Both the position numbers and the translations under genes were made by a program. Of a stretch of 64,000 bases of DNA, positions 38,728-45,728 are shown one piece after another (the stretch's first letter is position 1; each line of letters opens with the position of its first letter). The notes under the pieces are model-generated. The model did no database searches. It was not told where the DNA came from and saw nothing but the letters and a program-made list of their open reading frames with translations. Where the stretch lies: positions 186,001 to 250,000 of IMG/VR virus record IMGVR_UViG_3300034072_001021; one strand, written 5' to 3'.

Positions 38728-40331
38728 GTGACGAACAAAACAACGAAGGCATGGAATCCATCGACGGCGATCCGATGGCAGAAAATGCAATCCCGAATGA
38801 TGATGCGGCTCCTGCAGCTCTCTTCGAGGAAGCTACTGTCGCTGCAGCAGCGAACATCGAGAACGAAAACCATGTTGAAGGCAGCGAGATTGCTAGCCCG
38901 ATCGACATGGAGCAGATCTGGGCGGATCTGGACAAGCCGAATAGCCACGTCACGATGGATTCGACTCCGACCGTCCGTCGTAAGACCGATCCCAACAAGC
39001 CGTATCTGGCTGGTCTGAAGGTTGGTATCGAAGAGATGGAAGCAATCCTCCAATCTCGTGGCCTGACCAACCTGTCCGATGAAAAGATCGCCAACCTCAG
39101 TCAGGAAGATCAGCGCCTGATCAACCTGGCCCGTGCACTGTCGCCTATTTGGCAGAACGTGTACTTCGACGATCTGGACAAGACGGGTGACTGGCATCAG
39201 ACCCTGCTGCACAACGAGACCAAGCTCTCGGCAGGTCGTGTACGCCCCGAGAACATGAAAGATCCGGTGCTGGCTATCCGGGCTACGTTCGGTCAGGGCT
39301 CGGTCGTTCAGGTTCCGCTGTGGAACACTGGCCTGTGGGTTTCTTTCCGTGCGCCAACTCTGCAAGAGCTGGCTGACTTCGATCAGCGTACGCGCATGGA
39401 GAAGATGAACCTCGGTCGTTCGAGTAATGGCATGTCCTTCTCGAACATCGAAGTGTACACTGTCGAGACCTATGCACGTTTCGCCCTGGAACATGTCGTC
39501 TCGGTCAACTATCAGTTCGAAACCGGCAACCATGTCGAAGAGCTGATGACTGTCATCAAGAACCGCGATTACCAGCAGGTAATCTGGGGTATGGTGATGG
39601 CGATGTATCCGGATGGTTATCCGTTCCGTCAGCCGTGTGTGGCCAACACCGACACCTGCAACCATGTGGATGAACTGGTCATCAACTTTGCTCGTATGGG
39701 CTTCGTTGATCGCAGCAAGTTCACCGAGAAGCAGGCGCTCATGATGGCTTCCCGTAAGACCATCCGTGATCGCAAGTGGCTGGAAGAGTATCAGCGTGAG
39801 TTCACGTTCTTCGAGAAACGTATCGTCATCAACGATACCCTCACTGCTGTACTGCGCGTCCCGACACTGCACGACCAGATCACTGCCGGTCATCTGTGGG
39901 TGGAAGGTATCGCCAAGGCAACCAACGAAGCCTTCGGTGCTCGCCTGTCCGAACTGGAACGCTATCGCCACATCATGCGTTCGGGTGAATTGACCAACCT
40001 GCGTCAGCACAGCCACTGGATCGCCAACTTCGAACACGCCGTTGACCAAGACAGCGCACCGCGCATCATCGACGATTACGAGAACAAAGATCGTATTCTC
40101 GAAATGCTCAGTGAAATGCCTGACGTCAGCACCAAGCTGTCCGAAGACATCCTTAAGTGGATCGGTGAATCGACTGTCTCGTACGTGGCCATGCCGAAGT
40201 ACAAGTGTCCGTCGTGCCAGAAGGAAGCTGAAGATCAGAGTCACCCGCACCTGATCCCGATTGACGTGAGCTACGTTTTTTTCACCCTAGCCGTGTTGAA
40301 AATCAGCCAAGTAGAAGGCGCGGCGGTGTAA
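38724..40331 (+). CDS. probable tail/baseplate assembly chaperone (T4 gp26-like traits)
   Basis: 535 aa with an acidic N-terminal IDR, C-terminal YKCPSC knuckle and a slippery site near the 3' end. Function is inferred. Confidence 0.6.
   Translation: MSDEQNNEGMESIDGDPMAENAIPNDDAAPAALFEEATVAAAANIENENHVEGSEIASPIDMEQIWADLDKPNSHVTMDSTPTVRRKTDPNKPYLAGLKVGIEEMEAILQSRGLTNLSDEKIANLSQEDQRLINLARALSPIWQNVYFDDLDKTGDWHQTLLHNETKLSAGRVRPENMKDPVLAIRATFGQGSVVQVPLWNTGLWVSFRAPTLQELADFDQRTRMEKMNLGRSSNGMSFSNIEVYTVETYARFALEHVVSVNYQFETGNHVEELMTVIKNRDYQQVIWGMVMAMYPDGYPFRQPCVANTDTCNHVDELVINFARMGFVDRSKFTEKQALMMASRKTIRDRKWLEEYQREFTFFEKRIVINDTLTAVLRVPTLHDQITAGHLWVEGIAKATNEAFGARLSELERYRHIMRSGELTNLRQHSHWIANFEHAVDQDSAPRIIDDYENKDRILEMLSEMPDVSTKLSEDILKWIGESTVSYVAMPKYKCPSCQKEAEDQSHPHLIPIDVSYVFFTLAVLKISQVEGAAV
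40277..40324 (+). promoter_or_regulatory. Candidate programmed -1 frameshift site (T TTT TTC plus downstream stem)
   Basis: Heptamer is in correct phase; the -1 frame is stop-free into ORF 40340; stem gccgtg/cgcggc starts 7 nt downstream. Confidence 0.6.
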
Positions 40332-40339
40332 GCATTCAG

Positions 40340-40762
40340 ATGAACCTCCATGTGGGCGATCGGAGGTTCGGTTACACGCAGCTACAGAACTACGAGGAAC
40401 CCTCTGTTCTGGACAAGGTGCTGTCTTCGTCCGAAAAGACGCTGGACAGCATTGCTGCACAAATTGTGACTACTGAATGCTACGACGATTATTTTGGAAT
40501 CTACGGGAACAGTTCCCAAGGCGACAGCCCTCTATCTTTGATAGGGATGCATGAACCTGAAGACCTGGCTCTCGTAGACCCGTACGACGTGTACCTTGAG
40601 CGGTACTTGGCTGCCAACGTACTTAAGTTTACGGGGATGACGTTTCAAGAGTTCATGACTCTTACCAAAGATCGTGGTGAAGCTATCCTTCGGCGTTGCG
40701 ATGCCATGGCATCGAAAGAAGACTCAGAAGTAGCCCATCTGGTTGCTGGAATGAAGCCATAA
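40340..40762 (+). CDS. probable chaperone partner (T-part-like), possibly expressed as a frameshift fusion
   Basis: No evident RBS; lies in the -1 frame of the upstream gene; GMTFQEFMTL motif resembles tail chaperone C-terminal parts. Confidence 0.65.
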   Translation: MNLHVGDRRFGYTQLQNYEEPSVLDKVLSSSEKTLDSIAAQIVTTECYDDYFGIYGNSSQGDSPLSLIGMHEPEDLALVDPYDVYLERYLAANVLKFTGMTFQEFMTLTKDRGEAILRRCDAMASKEDSEVAHLVAGMKP

Positions 40763-40792
40763 AGGCAGGGGGTAAATCCCCCTGCTTTCTAT

Positions 40793-40819
40793 TTCGAATT
40801 AAAGGAAGTTATACATTAT
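40793..40819 (+). promoter_or_regulatory. TTCGAA-N12-ATACATTAT motif
   Basis: Exact match following a terminator, upstream of the macro-domain gene. Confidence 0.7.
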
Positions 40820-40890
40820 AAAGATATAACCAACACCAAACTCTATCTGGCTCGGGCCATCCTCGTTGGACAATCTCTACGGAGACTATA

Positions 40891-41337
40891 ATGTCATTGG
40901 ACATCATCGAAGCCGATCTCTTCGATATCCAGGCAGATACCAAAGTCATCACGATTAACCTCGTTGGTGCCATGGGTGCAGGTGTCGCAAAGACTGCCAG
41001 AGATACAATCCCTGGACTGTATAAGCATTACAAGAAGATGTATCCGACTATCACACCGGATCAATTCATCCAGTATACCTACGGTGGAGTGAAATACCTC
41101 CTCGTCCCCACGAAGATTGATTGGAAAGCTCCATCGCCTCGTGACCTCGTATTGTCCAACCTTCACCGGTTGGCGTATCTGACCCGACGCTATAACGGGT
41201 TTGGTACAGTAGCCTTGCCACCAATGGGGTGTGGTAATGGTGGGCTGGATTGGGAGAATGATATCGTGAATTTCTATCACGCGTTGTTCGACCACCATCC
41301 TAGTAAATTTATAGCAGTAATAAAACCAAACCAGTAA
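40891..41337 (+). CDS. macro-domain ADP-ribose hydrolase, DarG/TARG1-like
   Basis: ADLF, N.VGAMGAGVA, PTKIDW and ALPPMGCGNGGLDW signature segments. Confidence 0.88.
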   Translation: MSLDIIEADLFDIQADTKVITINLVGAMGAGVAKTARDTIPGLYKHYKKMYPTITPDQFIQYTYGGVKYLLVPTKIDWKAPSPRDLVLSNLHRLAYLTRRYNGFGTVALPPMGCGNGGLDWENDIVNFYHALFDHHPSKFIAVIKPNQ

Positions 41338-41346
41338 GGGGAAACA

Positions 41347-41787
41347 ATGGAAACTGTACGTCTTACCAACATCGGCAAACACCATCTTCCGAATATCCCA
41401 CATGACGCGCCGTTGATCAGTATCAACGACCGTTACTCTCCGGCTCCGGAGATCCCGAACCGTGACAAACGGCCTGTGCTGTTTGTCACGTTCTTTCCGG
41501 GTGACCACCTGACCAGTACCGAGCGCCATGAGGGCATGACGCCAGACCTGGCCAAGAAGATCGTCAAGTTCGTGGAAGAGCACCGCGACAAGAAGCACAT
41601 CTTCGTTCAGTGCGGTGAAGGTCGTATCCGTTCCTGGACGATCTGCAGTGTACTGGAACGCATGCTCGACTTCACTGTTCATGATACCGAGCGTGCGACC
41701 ATCAAGCAAGGCATGGTGGACAAATACACCCACCACATCCTGATGTCCACGATCGTGGATATGGAGCAGGCTGGTGAACTGCTGTAA
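41347..41787 (+). CDS. CX5R cysteine phosphatase (PTP/DSP-like)
   Basis: P-loop IFVQCGEGRIRS. Confidence 0.8.
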   Translation: METVRLTNIGKHHLPNIPHDAPLISINDRYSPAPEIPNRDKRPVLFVTFFPGDHLTSTERHEGMTPDLAKKIVKFVEEHRDKKHIFVQCGEGRIRSWTICSVLERMLDFTVHDTERATIKQGMVDKYTHHILMSTIVDMEQAGELL

Positions 41788-41872
41788 AAAATAACGGCAG
41801 TAAGCTATATTTTGTAGAAGTGTCTGTCGCTCGAGTTGCCCCCGATAAGAGCGACAGACATGACTACACATC

Positions 41873-42237
41873 GTCCTTGCTGAATGAAGCCCGCGATGAA
41901 AAACAAGAGGCAGAAACAACGAGTGGGGTTAGTCGCCACTCTTGTCCAAAATGGTGAACTTACGGGGTAGCCTGAAAACTGTACCGGCTTAGTCAGCTGG
42001 TGAACCGTACGATCCTCTTCTGGATCTGGAGCGTAGCCCTCTCCATTCGGAGACGGTTAACTCCAGGGACTAATCCAGTTTTGGGTAAGTTGTTTGCGTA
42101 TCTTTCTGCATAGCCTGACGAGGGCATAGCAGGACAGGACGCACGCAGCCGTTGAGTCCTATAGATCCACCGGTGAGGCCGCCCGAAAGGGCCGCCGGGC
42201 TGCCGGGTACGGATTTGCTGGCCAGCCTATAGGACTC
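41873..42237 (+). ncRNA. structured RNA with group I intron-like core (P3-P4-P5-P7-P8)
   Basis: Pairings found by eye: CCAAAATGG/CCAgTTTTGG, TACGG/CCGTA, GGGACT/AGTCC and an extended P8, in group I order. Confidence 0.5.
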
Positions 42238-42271
42238 ATAGTACTAATTCAACCACCATGAGGACGACCTC

Positions 42272-42442
42272 GTGATCCCAAGTGTGAATCTCTCCTCTCT
42301 GCGTCAGCTCAATCGTGATCGCGATTCGACGGACAACCGTCAGAAGACGCTTGATCGCGTTGCAGAGTACCGTGCTGCAGATGAGAAAGTCAAGCAGGTC
42401 TGTCAAGAGAAAGACCTCGAGATTCCTGAGATGCATTGTTAG
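42272..42442 (+). CDS. possible 56-aa small protein
   Basis: GTG after gagg; open to a TAG just before the next RBS (MIPSVNLSSLRQLNRD...). Confidence 0.4.
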   Translation: MIPSVNLSSLRQLNRDRDSTDNRQKTLDRVAEYRAADEKVKQVCQEKDLEIPEMHC

Positions 42443-42451
42443 GAGTTTCTC

Positions 42452-42904
42452 ATGGAAATGTTCCTCGGTGTAAAGATCGTCGCAGCCAAACCCATGACCC
42501 GTCTGGAATACAACCAGTACCGTGGATGGGAACTGCCTAAGGACGAGCGTGGTGATGATGAAGGTTATCTCGTCGAGTACTTCGAGAGCGAACCCAACCA
42601 TCCAGACCACAAAGGTTACATCAGCTGGTCTCCCAAAGAGCAGTTCGATAAAGCACATTACTCCATGGGCTTTGTGGGCGACCTACCTCCGTTCATTCAA
42701 CGAATTCATGGTGAAGCTGCACAGCTCGTGCAAAACTGCACCAAGATCACTGACTTCATTACCAAGTGCAATGAAGGACAGATCGAGAACATCAACCCAC
42801 AGTACCTCGACCTCATGATTCGCCAACGTGCGGTCATGGAGACCCATCTGGGAATCCTGCGTGATCGTCTCGAAATGCTCGCTAAAGGGAAATCCACCCT
42901 ATAG
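42452..42904 (+). CDS. two-domain phage protein (G.K.V.A.PM...YISWSPK domain plus crAss001_48-like helical domain)
   Basis: aggag RBS; both halves match phage families as recalled. Confidence 0.75.
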   Translation: MEMFLGVKIVAAKPMTRLEYNQYRGWELPKDERGDDEGYLVEYFESEPNHPDHKGYISWSPKEQFDKAHYSMGFVGDLPPFIQRIHGEAAQLVQNCTKITDFITKCNEGQIENINPQYLDLMIRQRAVMETHLGILRDRLEMLAKGKSTL

Positions 42905-42919
42905 TGTGCATATTACCGA

Positions 42920-43385
42920 AATACGAGTAATGGCAGAACAGACGGCAGCTATCACGGCGGCTTAAGGTGTTCTGTAAAGGGGTGGTTCCCGTTCCGTTAC
43001 TGGTTTATCTTGAGATATACTCTGCCAATGGCTGACTGACCGAGTGCACACTCCCTCAGGCTTCTGTAGCAAGAGAAGAACACAGCCAAGGGGCGGCGTT
43101 CTCAAGATTACAGGTGTTGGCTTCACCCAGCATCAAGTCCCAACGATTTATGGTAGCTTAAGTTCGAAGCGCCGATCGCCATTGTGCAGATAAGGCAGCG
43201 CGGATCGGATTGGGAGATTCCCGGTCGGCTACCACCCGTTAGGACATCCGTGTCCTTGATTCCATGTCAGTCGGCAACAGCTCTTCGTGGCAGTTCGCAT
43301 TCAACGACTCGGCAGCCTACGTGGCGGCCAACTGGATAGAGGCACGGGTGTCCGTCTAAATCGGCAGACCTCGTGAGCTGTTGAT
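42920..43385 (+). ncRNA. large structured, pseudoknotted ncRNA candidate
   Basis: No ORF; multiple 7-10 bp helices, including crossing pairings. Confidence 0.5.
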
Positions 43386-43422
43386 CCAACCGACAACGAT
43401 CAGAAACCTCCCTTCGTCGGGC

Positions 43423-43524
43423 GGCCAGATAGGTCATTAGTTGGTTGAAGACTCAGGGTGCCATCAGAACTGCACCCATGTACGCAAGTACATACCGAGG
43501 GGTTAAAGTCCCAAGCTCTGGCTC
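43423..43524 (+). ncRNA. tRNA-like element A (10-nt anticodon-position loop, long variable arm)
   Basis: Acceptor ggccaga/tctggct, D stem ggtc/gact, stem gggtgc/gcaccc, V arm atgtac/gtacat, degenerate T arm. Confidence 0.55.
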
Positions 43525-43533
43525 GTTTTCAAT

Positions 43534-43608
43534 TCACGCTTAGCAAAGTGGTAATGCAGCAGACTGTTAATCTGCCTACCCCTGGTTCGAATCCAGGAGC
43601 GTGAGCCA
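43534..43608 (+). tRNA. trnN: tRNA-Asn(GTT)
   Basis: Full cloverleaf: tcacgct/agcgtga, gcaga-ctGTTaa-tctgc, GGTTCGAATCC, encoded CCA. Confidence 0.95.
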
Positions 43609-43810
43609 TATCCGTAAACTACTGTTTCGACAGGAGGGGTGAAAATCCCAACACGGTGTCCCAGAAGTACCGGCGTAAGCTGGGTTCTCCGGGCCTTAAC
43701 CTAGCTGGTTGACTGGTCGGTGCTTTGCATCTAAGTCCGCTTCAGGACATCAACTATAAATAGGGCTGGAGACAGCCCCATTTATTCTCTTTCGTCAGAA
43801 AGGGAAGAAT

Positions 43811-43936
43811 TCAAGTGATTGGAAACCGTGCACCGTGTGATTCGGGCTTAGCCTTAAGACACCATTAACGTCTGAGGGGTGATCCTTTACAACCGCATCT
43901 GCAGTTGTGGTGGTTTGACTCCACCCGCTTGTCTCA
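43811..43936 (+). ncRNA. tRNA-like element B (expanded interior)
   Basis: 6-bp acceptor caagtg/cgcttg stacked on T arm ggtgg-TTTGACT-ccacc; 3' C-TCA. Confidence 0.45.
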
Positions 43937-44032
43937 AACCGGGGAGCCCCCAGAGGGTGCTAATCTAGCCCGCTACATCCGTACTCTCCCGTCGGGTACA
44001 CCAGGGTGTCTGGCCTGCTCCCCACCTATTTC

Positions 44033-44106
44033 GCCTCTATAGCTGGAAGGTCAAGCAGCTCACTTGTAATGAGCCGATCTCAGTTCGATTCTGAGTGGAG
44101 GCACCA
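44033..44106 (+). tRNA. trnT: tRNA-Thr(TGT)
   Basis: gcctcta/tggaggc, gctca-ctTGTaa-tgagc, GTTCGATTC, encoded CCA. Confidence 0.93.
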
Positions 44107-44359
44107 TATTGGGACTGATCGGCGTCGTCACTGGTTATTCTGAAACCTAAATGCGCAAGCACATGGTTATGGATATAAACGATCAACGAAAGTGAAGTCG
44201 TTGCAATGACGAACGATCAGCCCCTCTCAAGCGCGCTTGTAAGAATGTACTCGGTTGCCGATCCAAAGTAACCCTCGTAAGGTGAATTCAGCGTATAGAC
44301 CTCAGGATGAGGGAAAATGCCCGGACACGAGAGGAACACATTCTTACAAGTGGATTATT

Positions 44360-44481
44360 TACCGTGTAGTCTCTCAGGCGGGACACTCTCCACAGGAGCC
44401 TTCGGCACCACCACCCCACCCTATAGTGACTGGTGACCTGTTGGTGTGGAGAGGCATGTTCGATTCTAGTGCACGGTACCC
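44360..44481 (+). ncRNA. tRNA-like element C (~65-nt extended anticodon arm)
   Basis: taccgtg/cacggta, U8A9, D stem gtct/ggac, ctctccaca/tgtggagag, GTTCGATTC loop with a weak T stem. Confidence 0.5.
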
Positions 44482-44611
44482 TATTTCGATGATCGGCCTC
44501 GACTGCTGGCAGTGTGCCCTCAGGGTTGTGGAGATAACCTGAACGGATGACGGCAGTAAGGGCGGTGTCCACTACCCTAGAAACTTGGGTCATCGAACGA
44601 ACAAAAGGACA

Positions 44612-45073
44612 GTGAATGTGAAATGGGTCACCTGGATCGTTTCGTTATTGTTCGTGTTTGTCATGCACTACGCCGACGCTTACCCTCTCACCGAGATCAA
44701 ACTTCTCAGTGATGACGTGACCAGCGTTTATGATGGCGATACGCTCACTGTCCAAGTGCCCTACATTCCAGACGTGTTTGGTAAAGACCTCTCCATCCGG
44801 ATTGTGGGTATTGACACACCTGAGATGCGTAGTACGTGCGCAACTAAGGAACAACGTGATCGTGAGAAAGCTTTGGCCATCAGGGCCAGAGACGTAGTGG
44901 TTGCCATGGTTACATCGGGTCATCGAGTGACCCTGACCAACCTCGATCGAGATAAATACTTCCGTATGCTAGCAAGTGTTTATGTCGACGGACGAAGTGT
45001 TTCCGATGAGCTGATAGCTCAAGGACTAGCCGTCCCTTATTCAGGCGACACCAAGATAGGCTGGTGTGGCTAA
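44612..45073 (+). CDS. thermonuclease (SNase) family nuclease with N-terminal signal/TM segment
   Basis: VYDGDT, IRIVGIDTPE and DKYFRMLA..ELIAQGLA motifs; hydrophobic N-terminus. Confidence 0.9.
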   Translation: MNVKWVTWIVSLLFVFVMHYADAYPLTEIKLLSDDVTSVYDGDTLTVQVPYIPDVFGKDLSIRIVGIDTPEMRSTCATKEQRDREKALAIRARDVVVAMVTSGHRVTLTNLDRDKYFRMLASVYVDGRSVSDELIAQGLAVPYSGDTKIGWCG

Positions 45074-45135
45074 TGATTCCACTGGTTTTATTTTTGCAGA
45101 TACATTACTCATCTGACAAATAACCAATGGAGGTT

Positions 45136-45684
45136 ATGATGGGTAAACTAACGGGCTGGACTGTCGACGACGAGGAAGAAGTATTCGTTCCCTGTCCAGA
45201 CTATCCAGACCTTTTCGACATAGGTTCTAAAGGGACTCTTAGAAGCCGCCGTACTGGTAAAATCTTATCCCAAACCCCTGACCATAAAGGCTACCTTAGA
45301 CATGCCACTAAAATAGGCGGTCGTTCAGGTAAGTCGATTTGCGTAAGGGTTCATGTTCAGGTTGCTAAAGCATTTGTTGGAAGAGAATCTGACGATCTGC
45401 AAGTAAACCATCTGACAGGCGATAAGGCAAAGAACGATTATACATCTCTCGAATGGTGCACTGGTAGTCAGAACTTAGAGCATGCACATGCTACTGGCTT
45501 AATGCGTAATGCCAAGGGAGTTGACCATCCATTAGCAGCACTTTCTCCCGAAGATGTTGCGGTTATACTTTCTCTTAAAGGGAAGGTTAGTCAGAGAGAA
45601 CTCGGAAGAAGATTTGGGGTAAATAAATCAACCATAGCCAGAGTCCATAATGGAATCGGTTATGGTGAAGAAGACCCTAGCTAG
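45136..45684 (+). mobile_element. free-standing NUMOD4-HNH homing endonuclease with C-terminal HTH
   Basis: VHVQVAKAF, VNHLTGDKAKND..LEWCT..N..HA; visibly AT-richer than flanking genes. Confidence 0.9.
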
Positions 45685-45728
45685 TACTCCGCCAAACAAC
45701 ACCACTCCAAACCAAAAGAGTAATTGAG

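Noticed and set aside
42115-42190. Hammerhead-like CTGACGA...GAAA
   Set aside because: The GAAA is the loop of its own gccc-GAAA-gggc hairpin, and stems I and III cannot be built.
42320-42335. GATTCGACGG resembling the tmRNA 5' motif
   Set aside because: No GGGGC acceptor start or tmRNA 3' end; it lies within a plausible small ORF.
43298-43312. TTCAACGACT resembling the group I R element
   Set aside because: No matching S strand (AGTCT/AGTCG) or P3/P4 geometry was found nearby.
43423-43524. tRNA-Sec call for element A
   Set aside because: The loop is 10 nt and not CU-UCA-AA, the acceptor is 7 bp, and there is no CCA. It is kept only as tRNA-like.
43625-43660. FMN riboswitch-like TTCGG..GGGTGAAAATCCC
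   Set aside because: Only the first T-loop resembles it; the second half and the AGGAT/AGAAG ends are missing.
44255-44593. ORFs 44255..44542 (+) and 44288..44593 (-)
   Set aside because: No RBS, atypical composition, and they overlap clearly structured RNA-like elements.
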